Assembly: GCA_930990515.1 (NCBI GenBank)
Contig: CAKNPS010000001.1
Location: 103,280-167,279 of the forward strand
DNA from: an uncultured Clostridia bacterium
GTDB taxonomy: Bacteria > Bacillota > Clostridia > Christensenellales > UBA1242
Reading direction: 5' to 3'
Length of the DNA: 64,000 bases
Part shown: positions 30,944 through 39,094 of the stretch, one piece after another
How the letters are laid out: every line of letters begins with the position of its first letter
Position numbering within the stretch: position 1 is the first letter of the stretch
Translations under genes and position numbers: made by a program
Notes under the pieces: generated by a model
Databases searched by the model: none
Seen by the model: only the letters and a program-made list of their open reading frames with translations
What the model was told of the DNA's origin: nothing

Positions 30944-31032
30944 GTGGGCGAAGAAAAATCTCGCAAACTTGCGAGATTTTGACTGCCTATGGGCAGTCAG
31001 CGAGAAAAAACTTTTTCTCGCTCTTCGCCCGC
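30944..31032. other. GC-rich 89-nt four-way-junction (cloverleaf-topology) palindromic element; includes the probable polA terminator
   Basis: The closing stem GGGCGAAGA (30946-30954) pairs with TCTTCGCCC (31022-31030). It encloses three abutting perfect hairpins: AAATCTCGCAA/TTGCGAGATTT (30956-30979), TGACTGCC/GGCAGTCA (30980-30999) and GCGAGAAAAA/TTTTTCTCGC (31000-31021). On the minus strand the first hairpin is followed by TTTTTCTT. Confidence 0.7.
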
Positions 31033-31052
31033 CAACAACTTAAAACTCAACA

Positions 31053-33545
31053 TCACTTACAGTCGTATAAATTATCTCCCACTCCAACATTGACAACAAG
31101 AGGAACTCTAAAGGTCTTAACATTTTCCATACAACGTTTTACAATTTCTTTAACCTTTTCAAGTTCTTCTTTCTTTACGTCAATGACAAGTTCGTCGTGA
31201 ACTTGCAAAATGATATGACTTTCCAAATTCTTGAGTTCTCTAAAAGTTGCAATCATTGCAAGTTTAATGATGTCAGATGCTGTGCCTTGAAGTGGCATAT
31301 TCATTGCAACTCGCTCGCCAAATTTTCGGACATTGAAGTTGGAAGAAGAAAGTTCTGGAATCATTCTAATTCTTCCAAAAACCGTTTTCGCATAGCCATT
31401 TTCTTTTGCAAACTCAACATTTTTATCCATAAATTCCTTGATTTTTGGATAACGCTCAAAATAACTATCAATATAGATTTTTGCTTTCATTCGAGAAGTT
31501 TTTATGTTTTGAGATAAACCATAGTCACTTATACCATAAACAATTCCAAAGTTAACAGCCTTTGCATCTCTTCTCATACCTGGTGTCACTTTTTCAATTG
31601 GCACATTAAAAATTTCACTTGCAGTTTTTGTGTGAATGTCAATGCCTTGTTGGTATGCCTGCATCATGGAATTTTCTTCTGCCATATTTGCAAGAAGACG
31701 AAGTTCAATTTGGTTATAATCGGCAGATAAAATAAGCCCGCCATCAAATTTAGACACAAAAATTTTGCGAAGATTTTTTCCTTCTTCATCACGCGTTGGA
31801 ATGTTCTGCATATTAGGTTCAGAACTCGACAATCTCCCAGTGTTTGTAAGGGTTTGGTTGAAAATTGTGTGAACAACATTTCCACGAGTTTTACAAAGGT
31901 CTTTATAAACATTAATGTATGTGCTTTTAAGTTTATAAACTTTTCGATAATGAATAATTAAATTAACAATTTCGTGGTCAAAGCGAAGTTCGTCTAAAAT
32001 GGCAAAACTTGTTGAACGTTTCTTGTTGTTAAATGGCACAATTTGAAGTTTATCAAACAAAATATTTGCCACCTGTTTTGGAGAATTTATATTGAATTTT
32101 TCGCCTGCCATTTCATAGATTTTGTCTTCAAGTTCTTTTATTTCGCTAGATATTTTTTCGTCTATTTCGTCTAATATCTGCTCATCAATTTTAAAGCCTT
32201 TTTCTTCCATTTCTGCCAAAACTTCAACAAGTGGAATTTCAATGTTGTTATAAACAAAATCAACGCCTTTTTCTTGAATCAATGAAGAAAATTCTTTTTT
32301 CAATTTAAAGAAATCTGCAGGGTTCTTAGAAAGATTGTTAGAAACTTGTGTAAAGCAAACATATCTTGCAATTTCAAGGTCAAAAAAGTTCGTAAGTTTT
32401 ATGCCAAGTCGTTTTAAAATTTTCATATCTTCTTTTGAAGACAAAGTTATTTTTTCAATTTTCTCATCTTCAAAAACATTTTTAAGTTTCTTTAAAACTT
32501 CATTTAAGTCGATAAAAGAAGAAAATAGGTTTGGATTTTTTTCAAGAAAATAAACCTTATTTTCATTAGGAGAAAACATAAGTTCATGAATGCTATATGA
32601 AAATTCCCCTTTGATTTCCTTAATCATTTCGTCAATTTTAGAAATATCATCAACTGAAATATGTTGAACTTCATTGTTTTCTTTCTTTTCTTCGCCAAAT
32701 ATATCATCGCGTTTTGTGAAAGAATTAAAGTTCCAATATTCAAAAAATTCTCTCACTTCATTTGAGAATGGAAAACTATATTCACAATCACTTAAATTAA
32801 ACTCAATTTCACAATCAGTTTTAATTGTGGCAAGTTTCTTAGAAAGATAAGCATTTTCCTTACCATTTTCAAGTTTTTCTTTAAGTTTCCCAGTGATTTT
32901 ATCTAAATTCTCATAAACACCATCTAAATCGCCATAGGTTTGAAGAAGATTTAGTGCAGTTTTTTCGCCAACTCCGCTCACCCCAGGAATATTGTCCGAA
33001 CTATCTCCCATAAGGCTTTTAAGTTCAATAATTCCAGAAGGAGCAAACCCATATTTTTCTTTAATTGCCTTTGTGTCCATAACTTCAAGTTCTGTCACGC
33101 CTTTTTTTGTGAGCCAAACTGTTGTATTTTCGTCTACAAGTTGAAGTAAATCTCTATCCCCAGAAAGCAAAATGTTTTGATTTTGCGAATGTTTAGACAA
33201 AGTTCCAATTATGTCATCAGCTTCAATTCCTTCTTGCTCAAAAACTTTTATGCCCATTTTTGAAAGCATTTCCTTAATGAAAGGAAATTGTTTTTTAAGG
33301 TCAGGTGGAGTTTCCTTTCGTGTGCCTTTATAATCAGCATAAATTTCATTACGAAATGTTTTTCTTGCGTGGTCAAAAGCAACTGCAATATAGTCAGGCT
33401 TTTGCTCAGTTATGAGTTTAATTAAAATATTGGCAAAACCAAAAATCGCACCAGATGGCTGTGCTTTAATATTAGATAAATAAGGCATTGCATAGAACGC
33501 CCTATTTGCTAAACTATTTCCATCAACAATTAAAAACTTTTTCAT
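31053..33545 (-). CDS. polA: DNA polymerase I
   Basis: N-terminal 5'-nuclease domain, Pol motif A ADYNQIELRLLA, motif B RRDAKAVNFGIVYG and motif C QVHDELV. Confidence 0.96.
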   Translation of the reverse strand: MKKFLIVDGNSLANRAFYAMPYLSNIKAQPSGAIFGFANILIKLITEQKPDYIAVAFDHARKTFRNEIYADYKGTRKETPPDLKKQFPFIKEMLSKMGIKVFEQEGIEADDIIGTLSKHSQNQNILLSGDRDLLQLVDENTTVWLTKKGVTELEVMDTKAIKEKYGFAPSGIIELKSLMGDSSDNIPGVSGVGEKTALNLLQTYGDLDGVYENLDKITGKLKEKLENGKENAYLSKKLATIKTDCEIEFNLSDCEYSFPFSNEVREFFEYWNFNSFTKRDDIFGEEKKENNEVQHISVDDISKIDEMIKEIKGEFSYSIHELMFSPNENKVYFLEKNPNLFSSFIDLNEVLKKLKNVFEDEKIEKITLSSKEDMKILKRLGIKLTNFFDLEIARYVCFTQVSNNLSKNPADFFKLKKEFSSLIQEKGVDFVYNNIEIPLVEVLAEMEEKGFKIDEQILDEIDEKISSEIKELEDKIYEMAGEKFNINSPKQVANILFDKLQIVPFNNKKRSTSFAILDELRFDHEIVNLIIHYRKVYKLKSTYINVYKDLCKTRGNVVHTIFNQTLTNTGRLSSSEPNMQNIPTRDEEGKNLRKIFVSKFDGGLILSADYNQIELRLLANMAEENSMMQAYQQGIDIHTKTASEIFNVPIEKVTPGMRRDAKAVNFGIVYGISDYGLSQNIKTSRMKAKIYIDSYFERYPKIKEFMDKNVEFAKENGYAKTVFGRIRMIPELSSSNFNVRKFGERVAMNMPLQGTASDIIKLAMIATFRELKNLESHIILQVHDELVIDVKKEELEKVKEIVKRCMENVKTFRVPLVVNVGVGDNLYDCK

Positions 33546-33577
33546 TTTTTATCCTTATAACAAATTAATATAATATA

Positions 33578-33623
33578 CAATATCTTGTTGTATTATGCAT
33601 TGCATACTACCACATATTTTGTG
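33578..33623. repeat. palindromic repeat family, copy F (upstream of polA)
   Basis: ...CTTGTTGTATTATGCA-T-TGCATACTACCACATATTTTGTG. Confidence 0.8.
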
Positions 33624-33941
33624 TTATAGTAGCGAAAGTGGATTTACTGAACTAAACCAACTGTAAATTACATCTGGGCAAGCCATAACAATAATATAGA
33701 CAACAATTGCCACAATAAGAATTATGAAGAAAACAACTTTTAATGGATTCCCTGCAAAATTGACGAGTGCGAAACAGAAAATAATTGCCACACCACCAAA
33801 GTTCACAATCAAATCAAACCAAGTGCGGAATGCTCCCATATCTGGTTCCCACGCAGTCTGTGTATCAATGACATTTACAATCAAAAAGCAAATATAAACC
33901 ACTGAAAGTATCGACAAAATTGTGTAAAGAACTTTTTTCAT
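33624..33941 (-). CDS. hypothetical small membrane protein
   Basis: Three TM segments. It has its own candidate promoter (TTGTAA, 17 nt, TGc-TAGAAT) downstream of the island terminator. Confidence 0.55.
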   Translation of the reverse strand: MKKVLYTILSILSVVYICFLIVNVIDTQTAWEPDMGAFRTWFDLIVNFGGVAIIFCFALVNFAGNPLKVVFFIILIVAIVVYIIVMACPDVIYSWFSSVNPLSLL

Positions 33942-34074
33942 AACTCCTCCAATTTGTAAAATAAAAGGAAAATTCAGTTAATTTTCAAAATTATTCTAGC
34001 ATAAAAATTTTTAATTTACAACTTTTTTTATGCTTTTTAAAAATTTTTCGTTTGTTTTTCTTAAAAAATAGGTC

Positions 34075-34107
34075 GAAAAAAAATAAGGAGCAATAATTTG
34101 CTCCTTA
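34075..34107 (-). terminator. rho-independent terminator ending the phage-derived operon
   Basis: On the minus strand: TAAGGAGCA-aattat-TGCTCCTTA followed by TTTTTTTT. Confidence 0.8.
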
Positions 34108-34119
34108 AATTTTAACTGT

Positions 34120-34509
34120 CTATTTAACTTTATTTATATCTTCTTTTTCAACATTTTCTTCATATTCACTTTCTGAAACGCTGTTTCCTTCGTCACTATC
34201 TTCTTGTTCTTCAACATTGTTTTCTTCATTATTTTCTTCTTCATTTGGCACTTGTTCTTCAATGGTTTCATCACTGTTTTCATCATTTTTATCGTCTTCT
34301 TCAGTTTCTTCTTCATTTTTTGGAGTATCTTTTGTTACAAGCCCAAAAACGACCAAGATTCCAGCAAAAGACATTATGACATTCTCTACCACAGCATTTT
34401 CAATCTTAAAGCCGAAAATATTTCCAAGACAATTTAAAAAGATTATAAGTGCCCCAGTAAGCGATACCCAAAAACTATAAGACTTCATTCTTTCAAGCAA
34501 TTTCTTCAT
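34120..34509 (-). CDS. phage holin (Staphylococcus/Streptococcus-phage 'Phage_holin_1'-like) with a long acidic tail
   Basis: KSYSFWVSLTGALIIFLNCLGNIFGF...AGILVVFGLVTKDTP matches the KNKxFWxxLxxAxxLF...FG...G(I/V)xTDPT pattern of this holin family. The C-terminal 70 aa are Glu/Asp/Asn-rich. Confidence 0.65.
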   Translation of the reverse strand: MKKLLERMKSYSFWVSLTGALIIFLNCLGNIFGFKIENAVVENVIMSFAGILVVFGLVTKDTPKNEEETEEDDKNDENSDETIEEQVPNEEENNEENNVEEQEDSDEGNSVSESEYEENVEKEDINKVK

Positions 34510-34726
34510 AGTCGTCCTCGTCTTTTAAATATTCTTTGATGTCCAATAGTTCTTGTTTAACATCTTCAAGCGTAGAAAGACTTTTTGTCAAAGTTTCAAT
34601 CGTTTGCTGATATTTTTCTTCTCGCTTTGTGGAATCTTTCATTTGATAGAAAAATAGCCAAACAAAAAGCACTGCAAAAATTCCATTACTTACAACTGTG
34701 CTCAAAACTTCATTCCAAATTTCCAA
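34493..34726 (-). CDS. BhlA/UviB-family holin-like protein
   Basis: GIFAVLFVWLFFYQMKDSTKREEKY matches the BhlA signature FAVLFxWLLFYVMKxSKERExKL. TTG start preceded by GGGAGA. Confidence 0.7.
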   Translation of the reverse strand: MEIWNEVLSTVVSNGIFAVLFVWLFFYQMKDSTKREEKYQQTIETLTKSLSTLEDVKQELLDIKEYLKDEDDYEEIA

Positions 34727-34842
34727 AATTATCTCCCATTTTGTTTTCTTTTAGACTTAAAATGCCATCTACCATATAGTTCTCTCCTTTTAAGTAGAAA
34801 AGTTTTCTGTTATGAAAAGAAATATGACCAGAGTAAATCAAC

Positions 34843-36348
34843 TTACGAAATAACATCAAACACAATCATAGGTTTGGAAATATGGCAATCAGCACTTGTT
34901 GTTTTGAAACTTATTTGAAAATTTCTTCCGTAAACACTTGCAAGTTGTCTTTGTTCTTTTTCACTGCCTTCAAAAGTATATGTTTTTGTTTCTAAATCGC
35001 TTTCAATCACAACTTCAATGTTTTCTTCTGTGTTTAAAATGATTTCCTTAATTTTTTTTAACTTGCCTTTATATCCTAAATCAGTTTTAAAAGAAGTCCA
35101 AAGTTTTTGGTTTGCCGTTGTAAAGATTTTTCCATTATGAGTAAGTTCGCCAAGATGAGCACTGTTTGTTCCATTAAAACAAGCAATAACTTTGCTAAAA
35201 TATGGAACATCAAGAGCAATGATTTTCTTTATATCAACTCCACGCAAAATGTCAACACTGTTTGTTTCTATGTCAATTTCAAACAAAACATTGTTGACAA
35301 AGCCTGTTTCACTTTCTGAGCCAAGTGTTAAACCGTCATTAAAATTGCAACGCGTGGCGAGATAATATTTCCCATCAAGAGAACAAGATGAACAATGAGA
35401 ATTGTCAAGATTTTTAAAATATGAGTCATAATCTTCACAAATCTTTCTTACACTTGTTCCATTAAAGGAATATAGCCCATCACGAGTGGCAAAAAAGACC
35501 AAATCTCCGCAAACAGAAACAGAATTTTCATAAATTTTTGAAGTGGAAGTGTATAAATGAGTGAAAGAAAAGTCGCCAGAAGTGGAATATTCCGAAATTC
35601 TGGTTATTCCATACTCCCTAAATAGATAGATATAGTCGTTAAATGTAACAAGTTTGTTAAAAGCACCGCGTTGGTCCAAAAATTCAATAACCTTATTATC
35701 TGCTCCGTCATAAGTTATAAGGTTTAAATTGTCTTGATATATGAGTTCGTTACGATTTGTGTCAGTAATACCAAAAAACTTATCATAATGCACAGCAACC
35801 GAAAGAAGTGGTGGAACATTTGTATATTTTTCAGTTTCATATCCAGAAGAAAAAATCATTCCAGTTGGCACAAAATATAAGATGCAATCATCATTATCAA
35901 TTCTATATTGGCAAGTGGAAACCAAGTCGTTAAACCCTAAATTAGATTTAGCAACAGGATAACCAACTTCATCAATCACAGCACAAATCCAAAGATAGCC
36001 ACGCTGATCAACAATGTTGATGTGATAATAATATCTGTCATCTTCACTGTCTTGAAAACGAAAACTATCAATCGCAGTAATCCCCGTAATTCCCATACTT
36101 GCCATATCGTAAGTATGAACAGTTGATAAGTTACTTTCACTTGCTGGAACTTCAATATCTTTGAAGCCTAAACCTGTTTGCAGTGCCCCATTTGTTATTG
36201 TAAAGTTATAAAAAGTCTTACATTCATTAGGTTTTGAAATAAGGTCATCTTCATTTGAAATGACCCCATCTTTAAAAATGGAAAAAGTTATGTTCTTTTC
36301 GGTGGTATTTTTGTATTTCTTTAAATTCTTATAGAAAATCAAAGCCAT
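34843..36348 (-). CDS. putative virion structural protein (beta-rich; nozzle/tail-tube-B position of a podovirus-like module)
   Basis: 501 aa, rich in beta-strand-type repeats, with no nucleotide-binding motif. The call rests on gene order alone (portal, scaffold, capsid, small ORF, adaptor, this ORF). Confidence 0.35.
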   Translation of the reverse strand: MALIFYKNLKKYKNTTEKNITFSIFKDGVISNEDDLISKPNECKTFYNFTITNGALQTGLGFKDIEVPASESNLSTVHTYDMASMGITGITAIDSFRFQDSEDDRYYYHINIVDQRGYLWICAVIDEVGYPVAKSNLGFNDLVSTCQYRIDNDDCILYFVPTGMIFSSGYETEKYTNVPPLLSVAVHYDKFFGITDTNRNELIYQDNLNLITYDGADNKVIEFLDQRGAFNKLVTFNDYIYLFREYGITRISEYSTSGDFSFTHLYTSTSKIYENSVSVCGDLVFFATRDGLYSFNGTSVRKICEDYDSYFKNLDNSHCSSCSLDGKYYLATRCNFNDGLTLGSESETGFVNNVLFEIDIETNSVDILRGVDIKKIIALDVPYFSKVIACFNGTNSAHLGELTHNGKIFTTANQKLWTSFKTDLGYKGKLKKIKEIILNTEENIEVVIESDLETKTYTFEGSEKEQRQLASVYGRNFQISFKTTSADCHISKPMIVFDVIS

Positions 36349-36902
36349 TTCCTTCTTGGAAGTCTTGCTTCGCTTCTTTTTCTTGAAAGCACAAACAAAC
36401 TTTCTTTAAATCTTTCTTCCCATATCTCCGCGTCCTCACTAAGTCCGTCTATAAGAAGATACTCGCTGGCAATTCCATAAGCAAAAATTCTTGCAGAAAG
36501 CCCATTATAAAAAGTAAAGTCGTCATTAAGTTCTTCTTTTTCAGGAAGAAAAGAATACGTTATTTCTTTGGCTCTACCAAAAATTTCAACATATTCTGGA
36601 TATGTTTTATATCTTACATTCCTTCCAAAACTTCCCTTAATTTGATATATATTTATAATAGTCTTACTGAGAGTTGAAAAATTTAAAATGGAATTATTAA
36701 CATCAATTTCTTCTGTTATAAGATATGGTAAGTAGTCGCTGGCGATTTCTTCATTCACAAAATTAAAACACCTAAGTAAACTATCCACTTTTTCCTGTTC
36801 CTTTGCTGAGTAAGTTACTGTCTCTTGACTATTTAACTTTTCAGCAAGTTCTTTTTCTCCAATAAATTCACACGCATAAGCAATAATTTCTTTAACTTTC
36901 AT
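36339..36902 (-). CDS. putative head-tail adaptor/connector protein
   Basis: About 187 aa from ATG 36902 (MKVKEII...), overlapping both neighbours. The call is by position only. Confidence 0.35.
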   Translation of the reverse strand: MKVKEIIAYACEFIGEKELAEKLNSQETVTYSAKEQEKVDSLLRCFNFVNEEIASDYLPYLITEEIDVNNSILNFSTLSKTIINIYQIKGSFGRNVRYKTYPEYVEIFGRAKEITYSFLPEKEELNDDFTFYNGLSARIFAYGIASEYLLIDGLSEDAEIWEERFKESLFVLSRKRSEARLPRRKWL

Positions 36903-37212
36903 ATAGCCTTGCCTCCACTTCATTTAAAATATTTTTCTTACGCGATTTTTCAAGTCTTTCATTTTCCGCGTCCAATTCTTTAATTAATTCGTCTCGCTTT
37001 TGACTTTGTGTTTTAAGTGTTAAATCAATCGTTCTTTCATCAAGACAATCAAAAGGAAGGGTCAAACAATATGTCCCTTCCTCTTGTCCACAGTTGTGAA
37101 GTTCAAATGTTTTTCGCGAAATATTGTAAACAACAAAGTAGTCCTTATCAATTTCCTTTAAACGCTTGATTATGTCTTGACAATCGCTATATATTTCAAA
37201 TGAATTATTCAT
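36892..37212 (-). CDS. hypothetical phage protein
   Basis: 106 aa, immediately downstream of the capsid gene, with a C-terminal coiled coil. Confidence 0.45.
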   Translation of the reverse strand: MNNSFEIYSDCQDIIKRLKEIDKDYFVVYNISRKTFELHNCGQEEGTYCLTLPFDCLDERTIDLTLKTQSQKRDELIKELDAENERLEKSRKKNILNEVEARLYES

Positions 37213-37231
37213 ATTTATCCTTTTTTATTAA

Positions 37232-38434
37232 TTAACTTTGTAAACCAGTATCATCAGATGTATCTGGTGCAGTTAAGGTTGTTGCAATATTTGAAAGTTT
37301 TCCTTGTCCTGCTGGCTTTTCGCAAATAAGTTCAGCATATTTAACAAGAGTTGCAGAATAAGTTGGATAGTTTGGATTTTGTCTTAAAATTCTACCACTT
37401 TCATCTTCAAGCCATTTCCAATCACACATTTCATACATTGTGAAATCGTTTGTATTTAAGAAATACATTGTATTATCATTAACAAATTTATCTCCCACAA
37501 CTGGAATACCATTATAAGTGATTGTTTTGAATCCGCCTTTAAGTTCTGTGACATCAATGTTTCTTCTATAAGCACCAAGATATTCTTGATATAATCTACG
37601 AATAGCCTTTGTTGTTGCAATATAGTTGATGTTGGAATTTGCAACATCTTCAAGATAATCAATTACATTTTGAATTGCAGAATCAGAAAGATATATTAAA
37701 TCAGTGCTTGAATATGGATTTAACCATTTATTATCGGTTTTAGAAAGTCCATATAAAGATGTGGCTGAGAAAATTCCTTCAATGCCTGTAATTTCTTTAT
37801 CTTTTGAACCTTGAACAACCAATTTAACACCATTGTTGAAACTTGCTGTTGTAAAATTATTTTCTTCAGTGTAAATTCTCTTGTTTGCTCTATCAACATA
37901 AGTAACATGGAAAAGGTAGTCTGGTTTTTCAGGATTTTGAATAACCATTCCTTCCACAACATTATTAATGTTGCCAGTCACTGTAAAGAAATGATTTGCA
38001 GTTGTCACACCATTAATTGTAATAAGAGTTCCTGAGCCATCTCCAAATAACATTCTTCCAAGGTTGAAGTTTGATGATTCAATAAGTTTTTCCATTTCAT
38101 CGTTAAGCAAGTTAATAAAACTATTTACATTGTTTGATGTCGCTCTAAGTGCCTTATCTGAAATTTCAATCTTTCCATAAAGGTTTTTAAGTTCTGCAAC
38201 AAAACTTACATAGTTTGTGGCAGAAGAAGCAGGAAGTTCGCTAGTTTCATCTCCTGCACCGATACCACCATTGATACCTACAGGAGCAGCCTTTCTTACT
38301 TCTTTTCCGTAAATATGATTTGTTGAGCGTTTAATTTGAGCAAGAAGTGGATTTGCGGCAACATTTAATTGATTTGCAACAATTCCCAAATACACTTCTT
38401 TAAGTGCATTTTCAGCACTAGTTAAAGTTACCAT
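37232..38434 (-). CDS. phage major capsid protein (HK97-fold type, scaffold-dependent)
   Basis: 400 aa directly after the scaffold gene. The segment GKIEISDKALRAT...LNDEMEKLIESSNFNLGRMLFGDGSGTL resembles the conserved ...l.Ge..L..a......l.GDGtG. region of HK97-like capsid proteins. Confidence 0.6.
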   Translation of the reverse strand: MVTLTSAENALKEVYLGIVANQLNVAANPLLAQIKRSTNHIYGKEVRKAAPVGINGGIGAGDETSELPASSATNYVSFVAELKNLYGKIEISDKALRATSNNVNSFINLLNDEMEKLIESSNFNLGRMLFGDGSGTLITINGVTTANHFFTVTGNINNVVEGMVIQNPEKPDYLFHVTYVDRANKRIYTEENNFTTASFNNGVKLVVQGSKDKEITGIEGIFSATSLYGLSKTDNKWLNPYSSTDLIYLSDSAIQNVIDYLEDVANSNINYIATTKAIRRLYQEYLGAYRRNIDVTELKGGFKTITYNGIPVVGDKFVNDNTMYFLNTNDFTMYEMCDWKWLEDESGRILRQNPNYPTYSATLVKYAELICEKPAGQGKLSNIATTLTAPDTSDDTGLQS

Positions 38435-38450
38435 TCTTTTCTCCTTTTAA

Positions 38451-39089
38451 TTAGGAAAACAAATTTTTAAGATAATCTTTTGCATCTTTTAAATTTTGGG
38501 GTTTTTGAGTGGCAGTCGAAGTTGCCACCCTTTTCCCCGCGGAAGATATTTTTATTGGCGATTTGTTTTCCGTTAATTGATTTACATATTTTTCTAGGAC
38601 TATGTTCTTAAGTTTTTCATTCCCTAAAACATAGTTTGCAACTTCCCCATCGGTCTCGCTTGACCCTTTAAGTTTTTCAAAAATCATCTCTGCCCAAACG
38701 TAGCTAAAGGGGTCGTCCATTTTTTTTAGACTTTCATTTTCCAAAACTCTTTTTTTGAGTTCTTCGGAATATGAATTTGCCTCACCGTTTGAAGAAAGGA
38801 ATGTTTTAAGTTTGTTATCCACTTGACTATCAAGTTCTTTTTCTTCTTCCATCTTATCTTTCTCAAATTCGGCTAGCCTTTGGCTTTTTTTCGTGAACTC
38901 TTTTTCAAGGTTGTTATAGGCATCAAGTAGAGCCTCAACATTTTTAAATTTTCCAACTTTTTCACCGTTTTCCGCTTTGCTCTCTTCTCCTACAATAGCA
39001 CTTTGTTCACCTTGCTGGGAGCCGTCATTAGTTTCATCATCTAAAACTAAATCTTCTGGTTGTTCCCAGTATTTTTCATCTTCATTCAT
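38451..39089 (-). CDS. phage scaffolding protein
   Basis: 212 aa with an acidic N-terminus and long helical/coiled-coil content, located between the portal and capsid genes. Confidence 0.55.
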   Translation of the reverse strand: MNEDEKYWEQPEDLVLDDETNDGSQQGEQSAIVGEESKAENGEKVGKFKNVEALLDAYNNLEKEFTKKSQRLAEFEKDKMEEEKELDSQVDNKLKTFLSSNGEANSYSEELKKRVLENESLKKMDDPFSYVWAEMIFEKLKGSSETDGEVANYVLGNEKLKNIVLEKYVNQLTENKSPIKISSAGKRVATSTATQKPQNLKDAKDYLKNLFS

Positions 39090-39094
39090 ATTTT

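Noticed and set aside
30944-31032. Cloverleaf element as a tRNA or tmRNA-like gene
   Set aside because: The helices are 8-11 bp with 2-4 nt loops. There are no D/T-loop consensus sequences (no GGTTCGAATCC-type box), no anticodon loop and no CCA context. No tRNA or rRNA gene was seen anywhere in the window.
30979-31200. 73-aa plus-strand ORF starting inside the hairpin cluster
   Set aside because: It begins in the palindromic element and runs antisense into polA, so it is not credible as a gene.
34134-34480. Four overlapping 60-87-aa ORFs on both strands
   Set aside because: They are frame and antisense readings of the GAA/GAT-rich low-complexity tail of the holin gene.
38720-38727. T8 homopolymer inside the scaffold gene, and other A7/T7 runs (40615, 42320, 60937), as additional phase switches
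   Set aside because: All are currently in frame, lie in the middle of a gene, and are expected at this frequency in an AT-rich, Lys/Phe-rich genome. Only the tract at 58450-58456 coincides with a start codon and a frame break.
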